39,370 nt of DNA. Source: Lachnospiraceae bacterium. GTDB taxonomy: Bacteria > Bacillota > Clostridia > Lachnospirales > Lachnospiraceae. Of this stretch, positions 19,953 to 28,818 are shown one piece after another (the stretch's first letter is position 1; each line of letters begins with the position of its first letter). The stretch is from contig JAGCXZ010000166.1 of the NCBI GenBank assembly GCA_017961065.1, forward strand, positions 1 to 39,370, given 5' to 3'. The position numbers and the translations under genes are program-made. The notes under the pieces are model-generated. The model was not told where the DNA came from and did no database searches. It saw only the letters and a program-made list of their open reading frames with translations.

Positions 19953-20347
19953 TATATCATTCCTCTCAGGAAGGAATCCACATCCGACTGGGACATGCCG
20001 ACCTTGAAATTGTTGGACAGGATCTGCTCAGCCAGAGCGGATGCATCCTCTTCCGAAACCGGTTCGGCTGCAGCCGGTTCCGCAGGCTGTGATTTTCCGG
20101 GCTCATAGGAATAGACCTTGTCTTCCGCATTTCGTTCGGGATGATCCGGATCGATCCTTCGCTGCTTCATGAGGTCATATGTGCCGTTTTTGATGATGGT
20201 CTCTCTTCCAAGACGAGACAGGATCTGTAAACGTTCTTGCTCTTCTTTGCTTTTTCCCACTTTAACCATCCTTTCCTTGTTCCCCTGTTCTTTCATAATA
20301 TCACATTTTTCGCAAAAAATACCGATTTGTGCGACAAATTGTTTCAT
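19952..20347 (-). CDS. Hypothetical protein, translationally coupled to XdhC (start codon uncertain: 20347, 20296 or 20269)
   Basis: The ORF ends in TAATG, overlapping the XdhC start by 1 nt. I recognise no family. The central part is Pro/Ala/Glu-rich. Confidence 0.45.
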   Translation of the reverse strand: MKQFVAQIGIFCEKCDIMKEQGNKERMVKVGKSKEEQERLQILSRLGRETIIKNGTYDLMKQRRIDPDHPERNAEDKVYSYEPGKSQPAEPAAAEPVSEEDASALAEQILSNNFKVGMSQSDVDSFLRGMI

Positions 20348-20402
20348 TTGTATCTCTTTATGTTATAATGTTTGCACAATCTCAACCGCTACGGAGACAA
20401 AA

Positions 20403-21536
20403 ATGAACCTTCAGGCAATCTATGTTGCCAACTTCACAGGCTTTCTGCTGATCCTCTTTCTGCTGATCAGTCAGTTCATCACGCGCAAAAAAAGCCGCGC
20501 GGAAGACCGGATCTTCACGGTCATGATGTACCTCGTACTGCTTTCATGCCTGATCGAACCCCTCACTTTCTACGTGGATGGTAAAAGCGGCACGCTCAAC
20601 TACTGGATCAACCTGCTCGGCAACACTTTCCTGCACAGCGCGAACGGGATCGGTTCTTTCCTGTTCTGTGCCTATGTGGACTCGAGCCTCTACCATGACC
20701 ACGGACGCCTGAAAAAGTTCTACCGCTGGTTTGGCGCCCTCGTGAGCGTTCTCCTGCTCTCCCTGATCATCAATATCCCCTTCGGCTATTATTTTTATGT
20801 GGATGCGGATAATCTCTATCACAGGCAGCCGCTTGTAACCCTGTTCTACATATACATGTTCTTCTGCTGTGCCGTAAGCATCCTCACGCTCTATACGCAC
20901 CGCCGCAGATTCGGGAAAGTTGCATTTTTTCCGCTCTTCATGTATCTGATCCCGATCGTGACCGGCAGTTTCCTGCAGATGGTCTATTACGGCGTATCCC
21001 TGGCCTGGCTCGGAACTGCGATCGGTGTTGTGGCGCTCTATATGAGCATACAGAATCAGCGCTCCTATCTGGATCTGCTGACCGGACTGTATAACCGCCT
21101 GTTCCTGGAGCATTTCATGTATAAGATGCATCGCGATTCGTCAAACACCTATTTCGGGATCATGCTCGACATGGATGAATTCAAAGCGATCAACGATACT
21201 TACGGGCATTCTGCCGGAGACCAGGCCCTGCGCGATGCGGCCACACTGTTCCGCCGCGTGAGCAGCACAAATGCGGTCGTTTTCCGCTATGCCGGTGATG
21301 AGTTCATCATCCTGATGAAAACAGGGGATGAATCGGAAGTTGCGGCTCTGGAAGACAAACTCCGCACGGAGGCGGAATGGTTCAATAAAACATCGGAGCG
21401 TCCTTACCGGGTCGGCTTCTCCATGGGGCATGTCCCTTATGACCGTGCCAATGACACGGAAGATTCATTTCTGAAAAAGATTGATGAGGCAATGTATCGG
21501 AACAAAGCCGAGCGTCGCCTTGCTGCTCAGTCCTGA
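20403..21536 (+). CDS. Membrane-bound GGDEF-domain protein (putative diguanylate cyclase) with an AGDEF active-site variant
   Basis: ATG at 20403 after GGAG. Six or more predicted TM helices, then LTGLYNR...DMDEFKAINDTYGHSAGDQAL...RYAGDEFIILM. An extended -10 TGTTATAAT lies at 20361..20369. Confidence 0.88.
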   Translation: MNLQAIYVANFTGFLLILFLLISQFITRKKSRAEDRIFTVMMYLVLLSCLIEPLTFYVDGKSGTLNYWINLLGNTFLHSANGIGSFLFCAYVDSSLYHDHGRLKKFYRWFGALVSVLLLSLIINIPFGYYFYVDADNLYHRQPLVTLFYIYMFFCCAVSILTLYTHRRRFGKVAFFPLFMYLIPIVTGSFLQMVYYGVSLAWLGTAIGVVALYMSIQNQRSYLDLLTGLYNRLFLEHFMYKMHRDSSNTYFGIMLDMDEFKAINDTYGHSAGDQALRDAATLFRRVSSTNAVVFRYAGDEFIILMKTGDESEVAALEDKLRTEAEWFNKTSERPYRVGFSMGHVPYDRANDTEDSFLKKIDEAMYRNKAERRLAAQS

Positions 21537-21596
21537 CACGCAGAAACCGCGTGTCCTCATGACTTTTTCCCTTTCAGATTTTTATGACCTTTTCTG

Positions 21597-21643
21597 TTGA
21601 CAAATCTATTTTTGTGTATCATAATTAGGAACGGTTCTCAATT
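21597..21643 (+). promoter_or_regulatory. Sigma-A-type promoter (TTGACA-17-CATAAT) overlapping an imperfect 21-bp palindrome, a candidate Fur-family operator
   Basis: TTGACA at 21597..21602 and CATAAT at 21620..21625. AATTAGGAACGGTTCTCAATT at 21623..21643 has a perfect GAAC-G-GTTC core and AATT ends. Confidence 0.45.
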
Positions 21644-21709
21644 TGGTGATCCCACCTTGTTTTCTTTATGGAAAATAAGCGCAATTTCAGAATCAGGAAA
21701 GGACAGATC

Positions 21710-22123
21710 ATGAACGAACGATCCAAATACAAAACAAAACAGCGTGAGATCCTGATGGATTATCTGATGTCCAAACAGGGCGTACATGTCACGGCCGGAG
21801 ATATCTGTGAGCACTTTAAGGCACAGGGCTCTTCCATCGGCCAGTCAACCGTGTACCGTCAACTGGAAAGACTCGTGGATGAGGGGATCATCAACAAATA
21901 TATCATTGATGTCGGCAGTCCCGCATGTTTTGAATATGTATCATCAGACAGTCATGAGGATGCGGAGGTCTGCTTCCACTGCAAATGCGAGAAGTGCGGT
22001 AAACTGATCCACCTCCATTGCGATGAGCTTGAAGACATCCAGCTCCATCTGTTTGATGCACACCGGTTTAAAATGGATCCGATCCGGACCGTATTTTACG
22101 GCTGCTGCGATCAATGTATCTGA
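21710..22123 (+). CDS. Fur-family metalloregulator, probably Zur from its context
   Basis: Start MNERSKYKTKQREIL at 21710 after AGGAAAGGA. Winged helix (STVYRQLERLVDEGII). Two CxxC pairs (CFHCKCEKCG, CCDQC). It lies directly upstream of a ZnuABC-type operon. Confidence 0.8.
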   Translation: MNERSKYKTKQREILMDYLMSKQGVHVTAGDICEHFKAQGSSIGQSTVYRQLERLVDEGIINKYIIDVGSPACFEYVSSDSHEDAEVCFHCKCEKCGKLIHLHCDELEDIQLHLFDAHRFKMDPIRTVFYGCCDQCI

Positions 22124-22147
22124 TCTGGGAACGAAGAGTATACAACC

Positions 22148-23149
22148 ATGAAAAACATTAAAAGAAATATTGCCATTATGATCATTGCCGCTCTTTTGTC
22201 CGGCCTTCTCACAGCCTGCGGTGCAGCATCCCCCGGCGCGAAGGAAGCCGGAGCCGGGGAGGAAAGCGGGATTAAGATCGTAACAACCATTTTCCCCATA
22301 TATGACTGGGTCAGGAGTGTTCTTGGAGAGGAACAGGCTGACCTGACCATGTTACTGAACGACGGTGTCGATCTGCACAGTTATCAGCCTACGGCTGACG
22401 ACATCATGAAAATCTCCACCTGCGATCTGTTCATTTATGTGGGCGGCGAATCTGACGAATGGATGGACGATGCCCTGCAGGAAGCCACCAATAAAGATAT
22501 GGTCGTTCTCAATCTTCTGCAACTTCTCGGCGACTCCGTCAAGGAGGAGGAAGTAGTGGAAGGCATGCAGGCCGAAGAAGAGGAAGAAGGCGAAGGAGAA
22601 GAGGAAGAGACCGAATACGACGAGCATGTCTGGCTATCGGTTCGCAACGCTTCTTTACTCTCGCAACACATTTCCGAAGCGCTGCAAAAGATCGATCCGG
22701 ATAAAGCTTCCGTGTATCAGAGTAATGCGGATGCCTATATCGAAAAGCTGAAAGCGCTGGACGAAAAATATACAGCGGAAGTTAATGCCTCCGCTGTAAA
22801 GACCCTGCTTTTCGGTGACCGGTTCCCGTTCCGCTATCTGACGGATGATTACGGACTCTCATACTATGCAGCCTTTGTCGGATGTTCTGCGGAAACGGAA
22901 GCAAGCTTTGAAACCGTGACGTTCCTTGCGCAAAAGGTCGACGAGCTGTCCTTACATGCTGTCATGACCATCGAAGGATCCGATCACCGGATCGCCGAAA
23001 CGATCATCAACAATACAGCCACCAAAGACCAGAAGATCCTGACGCTTGACTCCATGCAGTCCTGTACGCAGAACGATGTGGACTCCGGCGCTACCTATCT
23101 TTCGATCATGGAAAACAATCTTGCAGTCCTGCAGGAAGCACTGAAATAG
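22148..23149 (+). CDS. Metal (Zn/Mn-type, cluster A-I) ABC substrate-binding lipoprotein
   Basis: Lipobox LLTACG; IVTTIFPIYDWV, DLHSYQPT and EYDEHVWLS metal-ligand regions. The acidic loop EEEEEGEGEEEETEYDEH takes the place of the usual His-rich loop. Confidence 0.88.
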   Translation: MKNIKRNIAIMIIAALLSGLLTACGAASPGAKEAGAGEESGIKIVTTIFPIYDWVRSVLGEEQADLTMLLNDGVDLHSYQPTADDIMKISTCDLFIYVGGESDEWMDDALQEATNKDMVVLNLLQLLGDSVKEEEVVEGMQAEEEEEGEGEEEETEYDEHVWLSVRNASLLSQHISEALQKIDPDKASVYQSNADAYIEKLKALDEKYTAEVNASAVKTLLFGDRFPFRYLTDDYGLSYYAAFVGCSAETEASFETVTFLAQKVDELSLHAVMTIEGSDHRIAETIINNTATKDQKILTLDSMQSCTQNDVDSGATYLSIMENNLAVLQEALK

Positions 23150-23158
23150 GAGAAAACC

Positions 23159-23869
23159 ATGGCTTTACTTACCGTAACGGATCTGTCAGCCGGGTACGAT
23201 TCCCACGCTGTCGTGAAAGACTTGAATTTTACCGTAAATACCGGGGACTATCTTTGCGTAGTCGGCGAAAACGGTTCCGGAAAAACCACACTGATGAAAA
23301 CACTGCTGCATCTTCAGGATCCCGTAAGCGGAAAGATCCTGATCGGTGACGGGCTGAACCAGAATGAGATCGGCTATCTGCCGCAGCAGAGTGATGTGCA
23401 GAAGGACTTCCCCGCATCCGTTTCGGAGATCGTTCTCTCCGGATGCCAGGCCCGTTGCGGACTGCGGCCTTTTTACAACAAAAAAGAGAAAAAACTGGCC
23501 AAAGAAAACATGGAACGCATGGGGATCACTTCCCTTGCAAACAAAAGCTACCGTGAATTATCGGGCGGCCAGCAGCAGCGCGTCTTGCTGGCAAGAGCTC
23601 TTTGCGCCACGAGAAAACTGTTACTGCTGGATGAGCCTGTTGCAGGTCTTGATCCGGTCGTAACGGGAGAAATGTATGACTTGATCGCATCCTTAAACCG
23701 GGACGGTGTTTCGATCATAATGATCTCGCACGATGTATCCGCCGCGGTCCGCTACGGAAGCCATATCCTGCATATCGGCGATTCCGCGTTCTACGGAACG
23801 AAGGATGCTTATCTGAACAGCAGCGAAGGAAAGGCTTTCCTTCTGCAGCAGAAAGGACAGGTTGGATAG
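23159..23869 (+). CDS. Metal ABC transporter ATP-binding protein (ZnuC-like)
   Basis: Walker A GENGSGKTT, signature LSGGQQQRV, Walker B LLLLDEP, H-loop ISHD. Confidence 0.9.
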   Translation: MALLTVTDLSAGYDSHAVVKDLNFTVNTGDYLCVVGENGSGKTTLMKTLLHLQDPVSGKILIGDGLNQNEIGYLPQQSDVQKDFPASVSEIVLSGCQARCGLRPFYNKKEKKLAKENMERMGITSLANKSYRELSGGQQQRVLLARALCATRKLLLLDEPVAGLDPVVTGEMYDLIASLNRDGVSIIMISHDVSAAVRYGSHILHIGDSAFYGTKDAYLNSSEGKAFLLQQKGQVG

Positions 23870-24712
23870 ATGTTTGAAAAAATCGCTTTTTATCTGGAAT
23901 ATCCCTTTGTCAGATATGCGTTGATCGTCGGCATACTGATCGCACTGTGCTCCTCGCTCCTGGGCGTGACACTCGTGCTGAAGCGCTTTTCCTTCATCGG
24001 AGACGGGCTGTCGCATGTTGCCTTCGGTGCGATCGCGATCGCGTCCGTTCTGAAACTGACCAACAACATGTTTCTGGTCCTGCCTGTCACGATCATCAGC
24101 GCCATTCTTCTGCTCAGGACCGGGCAGAATGCAAAGATCAAGGGGGACGCCGCCATTGCGATGATCTCGGTCGGCGCACTGGCTTTCGGTTACCTGCTCA
24201 TGAATATCTTCTCGACTTCCTCAAACCTGTCCGGAGACGTCTGCAGTACTTTATTCGGTTCCACGTCCATCCTGACACTTACCGAAAAGGAAGTCTGGCT
24301 GAGTGCCGTGCTCTCCTTTGTTGTGATCGTGATCTTTGTATTGTTCTATAACAAGATCTTTGCCGTAACGTTTGACGAGAACTTTGCCAAAGCGATCGGA
24401 ACCGCCACGAACGCCTACAACCTTTTGATCGCCGTGATCATTGCTGTGATCATCGTTCTGGCCATGAACCTTGTCGGTTCCCTGCTCATATCGGCGCTTG
24501 TGATCTTCCCGGCCTTATCCGCAATGCGGCTGTTCAACAGCTTCCGCTCCGTGACGATCTGTTCTGCGTTGCTTTCCGTCACCTGCGCCTTCCTCGGGAT
24601 CATGATATCCATCCTGGCGGGAACGCCTGTCGGATCGACCATTGTCGCCGTGGATGTAGCCGGTTTCGCATTCTGCTGTCTGGGTGGTTTTGTCAGAACA
24701 AGGCTTGGTTGA
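23870..24712 (+). CDS. Metal ABC transporter permease (ZnuB-like, ABC-3 family)
   Basis: 280 aa, 8-9 hydrophobic helices, start overlapping the ATPase stop (TAGATG). Typical ABC-3 pattern (FIGDGLSHVAFGA...). Confidence 0.9.
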   Translation: MFEKIAFYLEYPFVRYALIVGILIALCSSLLGVTLVLKRFSFIGDGLSHVAFGAIAIASVLKLTNNMFLVLPVTIISAILLLRTGQNAKIKGDAAIAMISVGALAFGYLLMNIFSTSSNLSGDVCSTLFGSTSILTLTEKEVWLSAVLSFVVIVIFVLFYNKIFAVTFDENFAKAIGTATNAYNLLIAVIIAVIIVLAMNLVGSLLISALVIFPALSAMRLFNSFRSVTICSALLSVTCAFLGIMISILAGTPVGSTIVAVDVAGFAFCCLGGFVRTRLG

Positions 24713-24749
24713 TTTTATCTGAAAATACTGATCCGGGAGTGATCCTGAC

Positions 24750-25217
24750 ATGAAGAAAAGAATCTGTCTGTTACTGTGTTGTGTTGTGCTCATAATCACA
24801 GCCGGCTGCGAAAGCAGGACAGCCGATGATCCTGCGCCTGCCGCTCCGGAAAACCCCATCGTTGATCTCACGGTACTTTCAAGCACGATGGTGTACTCCG
24901 AGGTCTATCACATGATGGTCACACCGGGTGATTTTATCGGAAAGACCGTTAAGATGCAGGGCACCTATACCACGTTCTATGACGAAGCCAAACAGAAGCG
25001 GTATGATGCCTGCGTGATACAGGATGCCACAGCATGCTGCGCGCAGGGAATCGAATTTCTCCTGACGGACGATTACGCATATCCGGACGACTATCCCAAA
25101 GACGGCGATACGATCTGCGTAACCGGTTCATTTGATACCAATCATGAAGATAACTATACCTATTGCGTTCTGAAGAACGCCAGTCTTGTCGATCAGTCTG
25201 CCGAAGAAGACGGCTGA
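24750..25217 (+). CDS. Small Cys-rich lipoprotein of unknown function, last gene of the metal-uptake operon
   Basis: Lipobox IITAGC. The mature part contains DACVIQDATACCAQGIEF and further Cys/His/Asp residues. It starts 37 nt after the permease. Confidence 0.6.
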   Translation: MKKRICLLLCCVVLIITAGCESRTADDPAPAAPENPIVDLTVLSSTMVYSEVYHMMVTPGDFIGKTVKMQGTYTTFYDEAKQKRYDACVIQDATACCAQGIEFLLTDDYAYPDDYPKDGDTICVTGSFDTNHEDNYTYCVLKNASLVDQSAEEDG

Positions 25218-25993
25218 TCTTCTCTTTCTTCGTTCAGCTCGTCAACCCTTGCTGACGGTTTGACATGCATTTCCACCCAGGCCGGTACAAAGCCGCTTTT
25301 GATCGCGTTTCCGACAGATCTGACATTTGACCAGGCCGTGCAGTAAAACGGCACCTTATCACGCGCCAGTATCTCTCTTGTCAGTCTGCAGGTCAGCGCA
25401 GACGCGATCCCCTGCTGCCTGTACTCCGCCAGAACATCCACACCGATCTGCCACATAAGTTCCGCATCCGCAGAACATGCCGCAAAGCCAACCTGCTTTG
25501 TGCCGTCATAAGCGCCGACGCCCAGCACATCCAGATGCTTACGCTCTTCACACAGCGCATTGCTCCATTCGGGCCGGTACAGATCGGCAAAATCACTCTG
25601 CTCAAGCACTCTCATCTCATACGCACACGTCCGCTCCGGCAGTCTGTTCAGATCCGGCAGATAGTATTCACACATGAAACAGATCTTCTGTCCCTTTTGC
25701 CCCAGCCGTTCATTCAGCCACTGCATGTTAGGCGGCTCAAAGCAGTGATAGAATTTGTATCTGGCAATATATTCGCTAACAAGTTCCGACAGTTCCGGGA
25801 TTGATGCCGCCACAATGTTCTTTCCGTAGGAAATGAAACTGCAGGTGGTGTCCTCTTTCATGAATTTCTTTGCGTTTTTGCCCATCCGGAACGGCACCGA
25901 CACATTTCTGTCCGATGCCAGATCCTCATAGGAACATCCGATATCTTCCGCCGACTGTTCCATCGCGATCTTAAGCATTTCTTTGTTTGTCAT
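25193..25993 (-). CDS. GNAT-family N-acetyltransferase
   Basis: Start MTNKEMLKIAMEQ at 25993. C-terminal GNAT core VGFAACSAD...IGVDVLAEYRQQGIASALTCRL...FYCTAWSNVRSVGNAIKSGF. Confidence 0.75.
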   Translation of the reverse strand: MTNKEMLKIAMEQSAEDIGCSYEDLASDRNVSVPFRMGKNAKKFMKEDTTCSFISYGKNIVAASIPELSELVSEYIARYKFYHCFEPPNMQWLNERLGQKGQKICFMCEYYLPDLNRLPERTCAYEMRVLEQSDFADLYRPEWSNALCEERKHLDVLGVGAYDGTKQVGFAACSADAELMWQIGVDVLAEYRQQGIASALTCRLTREILARDKVPFYCTAWSNVRSVGNAIKSGFVPAWVEMHVKPSARVDELNEEREDQPSSSAD

Positions 25994-26115
25994 TTTCAGC
26001 CCTTTCTGATCTCCCGTATCCCCTTCGGGTTTTAATCGGTTCTCTGGCCATAATTCTAACTTACTCAGGGTCACTGTTCAAGCCATGATCTATCCGCCTT
26101 GTATCGCGATCGCTA

Positions 26116-26144
26116 TTGAACTCCAACCGCATTTTTACTAAAAT
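26116..26144 (+). promoter_or_regulatory. Sigma-A-type promoter TTGAAC-17-TAAAAT
   Basis: TTGAAC at 26116..26121 and TAAAAT at 26139..26144, ~60 nt upstream of the 26207 start (RBS GGAGGG). Confidence 0.5.
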
Positions 26145-26206
26145 GTAAATAACAAGAATTTCCTGTGAGAACAAGCGGATTATCCTAAAAAGTCGGAGGG
26201 CACAAT

Positions 26207-26935
26207 ATGATTGCAAAACTGAAAGATTTTAGGATCCTGTCAATTGCATTGCTTTACATTATCGGATTTCTCCCGTTTCTTACCGTTAAAGTTCCTATAG
26301 TAGGAGGCGCAATCAAAAAATCGGCATCCATGGTCGATCTGGCTGGTAATACCTTTGTAGCAACGGGGAAGATCTTCTATGTGGTTCCGATCGTTGTCAT
26401 TCTGCTGATCCTTTTCCTGGACCATAAGATCTCACCCAAACTGATCTATCTGGTTGCCGGCATCTTCGGCATCGGACTGACCCTCTTTACGGTCATCTTT
26501 ACGGGTAAACGGGTCGCTACCGGATACAAGCATGGTCCAAACATCGGTTTCTTCCTGGTTCTGGCTGTCTGGGTGTTTGTTTTGGTGTGGACATGCGTGA
26601 AGGATTTTGCGATCAGCAAAGATTCCATACAGCAGAACGGGATCAAAGCCGCGTTAACAGATGTTGCCAATCAGACATTGAAGGAAGCCGATATCGCACT
26701 GAACAATATGAAAAACATGAATTCCGGAAATTCCGCATCCGGAATGCCGGGTCCCGTTCCGAATGTCTTTTGCCCGTCATGCGGCAAGCCTGCCGGCGAA
26801 CCCGGCACGAAATTCTGCCCTTACTGCGGTGCCGTACTGGAAAGCACCCCTGTGCAAATGACATGCACAAATTGCGGCGCGGATTTGCAGCCCGGCACGA
26901 AATTCTGCAGAAAATGCGGAGCCAAGGTCCTTTGA
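26207..26935 (+). CDS. Membrane protein with a C-terminal double zinc-ribbon
   Basis: Four or more TM helices, then CPSCGKPAGEPGTKFCPYCGAVL and CTNCGADLQPGTKFCRKCGAKV. Confidence 0.7.
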   Translation: MIAKLKDFRILSIALLYIIGFLPFLTVKVPIVGGAIKKSASMVDLAGNTFVATGKIFYVVPIVVILLILFLDHKISPKLIYLVAGIFGIGLTLFTVIFTGKRVATGYKHGPNIGFFLVLAVWVFVLVWTCVKDFAISKDSIQQNGIKAALTDVANQTLKEADIALNNMKNMNSGNSASGMPGPVPNVFCPSCGKPAGEPGTKFCPYCGAVLESTPVQMTCTNCGADLQPGTKFCRKCGAKVL

Positions 26936-26988
26936 GCCATACTTCATCACTTAACATATTCTCTTGTTAGCAAAGGACGGATATATTT

Positions 26989-28788
26989 TTGAAACGTTTT
27001 GGAAAGAAAACCATCATCATACTGTGTGCGATCATAGCCGCCATTGCAATAGGCGGCTCTGTTGCTTTGGTTTTTATGCTTGAACGTAAGTCAGACAAGC
27101 CAGGCGATCATCAGGCCACCGAAGAAGCAGAGGAGCAAGCAGAGAACACCGCATCTGAGGAAGTTTCTGCTCCCGATCCTAAAAGCAATACGAATCATTT
27201 GGAAGCAAATCCGGAAGAGTCCGCATCTGAGGCAGATACAGTTGTCGAATATGTGGAAAGAAAAGTCATGATCAGGGACGCTTCCGCATCCTCCTATCTG
27301 AAAACCGTTTCACAGGACGGACAAACTTATGAGCCGTTTCATGTAATCGACGGCAATTACACAACTGCCTGGATCGAAGGAAAAGACGACCTGGGCATCG
27401 GAGAATCCCTTTCTTTTGATCTTGGAAACACGGAGCGGATCACAAGAATGCTGATCTATAACGGGTTTTTGAATACAAAGTACCGTTATGCCATCAATGG
27501 AAAGGTGACCCGTCTTCTTGTGGAATTTGATGACGGAACAAGCCAAACGGTGGACGTTAATACAATGTCGGCTCCCGATACCAAAGTTCCTTTTACAGAA
27601 TCAGAGCTGGGACCGACCGAAGTCATATTTGATGAACCCGTGAATGCTTCCGGCGTTAAACTGACTATTCTGGATGCTGTACAAGGCACAAAATACAAAG
27701 ATGTTTGCATTAGTGAAGTAGAGATTTATCACGAAGAGGAATCCTCGTCTGTTGATCAGGGTGAAGAAGTCGTAAACAATGATGTGATGCAGGCATATGA
27801 AGAATACTTCCAGAACAACTTTCCACCGACGGAGTACGGCGGCTATAAAGTGGCTTTTGCATTCATGGATCACGATGACATCCCAGAGCTGATTGTAGAA
27901 CAAGAATTCGATGAAAGCTTGTATACCATCCTCCAATACGACAACGGAACGATCTATACTCTGGGCGAATCGGGCATGATAAGCTATATCGAAAAAGGAA
28001 ATTTGATCCAACTTTCTTGGTGTGATGGGCAGGATAGCGAAGATGTTCTATATCGCATTTCCGGTCATACACTCGAACAGATCGAAGGAAAAGGCGCTTC
28101 GTACATCGATGACGGGATCATCAGGTATTACAGAATCGATGCAAACGGCAAAGAATCCGATATCTCAGAAGGGGAATACAACAATGCTTTCAATAACTAT
28201 CCGGGGAAATTCAGATCACCCAGTCCGTTCTGGAACTTCGTTCTGGAAGCCGGAATGTATATAAACAGCAAGCCCGCTCAGGTATTCCGGGCTTTCCTGG
28301 ATGATGCGATCAAAATGAACGGCAGAACTTATTCCGAGATGGCTAAAGAGTATTATAACGACCGCGGCCAGTCGCCCGACACTTATCTCTATGATGTGGA
28401 CGGAGATTATGAATATGAACTTCTGATCGACAATTACTACGGATTTGACATTTATGACTGTCGAAACGGAGAGCTTTGCCTGTTGGATTGCGGCGACGGT
28501 ACCGCTGCGATCTGCAACCTTTATCGAAAAGACGGCAAGGTATATGTAGGCCATGCCGACTTCCAGCACGCCGGCAGACAGACACTGGATCTCACGCGAT
28601 ATGACAGTGATGGGAAGGCTGTTGAAGAATTGAATCTCAATGCCGAGTACTGGGAGAACGAGAATGACCAATACGACAAAAACAGTGATTTTTCTTTCTG
28701 CGGTCAAAAGATCACCATGCAGGAATATGAACAGTATCTGAAAGATTTTGCGTATATAAATCCCTATGATATGCCGCGCATTAACTAG
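26989..28788 (+). CDS. Single-pass membrane protein with a discoidin/F5-F8-type-C-like domain
   Basis: TTG start. TM helix IIILCAIIAAIAIGGSVALVFML and an acidic linker. HVIDGNYTTAWIEGKDDLGIGESLSFDL...ISEVEIY resembles a discoidin/NedA-like carbohydrate-binding module. The rest is unknown. Confidence 0.65.
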   Translation: MKRFGKKTIIILCAIIAAIAIGGSVALVFMLERKSDKPGDHQATEEAEEQAENTASEEVSAPDPKSNTNHLEANPEESASEADTVVEYVERKVMIRDASASSYLKTVSQDGQTYEPFHVIDGNYTTAWIEGKDDLGIGESLSFDLGNTERITRMLIYNGFLNTKYRYAINGKVTRLLVEFDDGTSQTVDVNTMSAPDTKVPFTESELGPTEVIFDEPVNASGVKLTILDAVQGTKYKDVCISEVEIYHEEESSSVDQGEEVVNNDVMQAYEEYFQNNFPPTEYGGYKVAFAFMDHDDIPELIVEQEFDESLYTILQYDNGTIYTLGESGMISYIEKGNLIQLSWCDGQDSEDVLYRISGHTLEQIEGKGASYIDDGIIRYYRIDANGKESDISEGEYNNAFNNYPGKFRSPSPFWNFVLEAGMYINSKPAQVFRAFLDDAIKMNGRTYSEMAKEYYNDRGQSPDTYLYDVDGDYEYELLIDNYYGFDIYDCRNGELCLLDCGDGTAAICNLYRKDGKVYVGHADFQHAGRQTLDLTRYDSDGKAVEELNLNAEYWENENDQYDKNSDFSFCGQKITMQEYEQYLKDFAYINPYDMPRIN

Positions 28789-28818
28789 GATCGAAAAAAT
28801 GTCTATGGAGGCAATGCA

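Noticed and set aside
21536-21575. Hairpin ACACGC-N7-GCGTGT after the GGDEF stop, as a possible terminator
   Set aside because: The stem is only 6 bp and the T run is displaced by ~10 nt. That is too weak to call.
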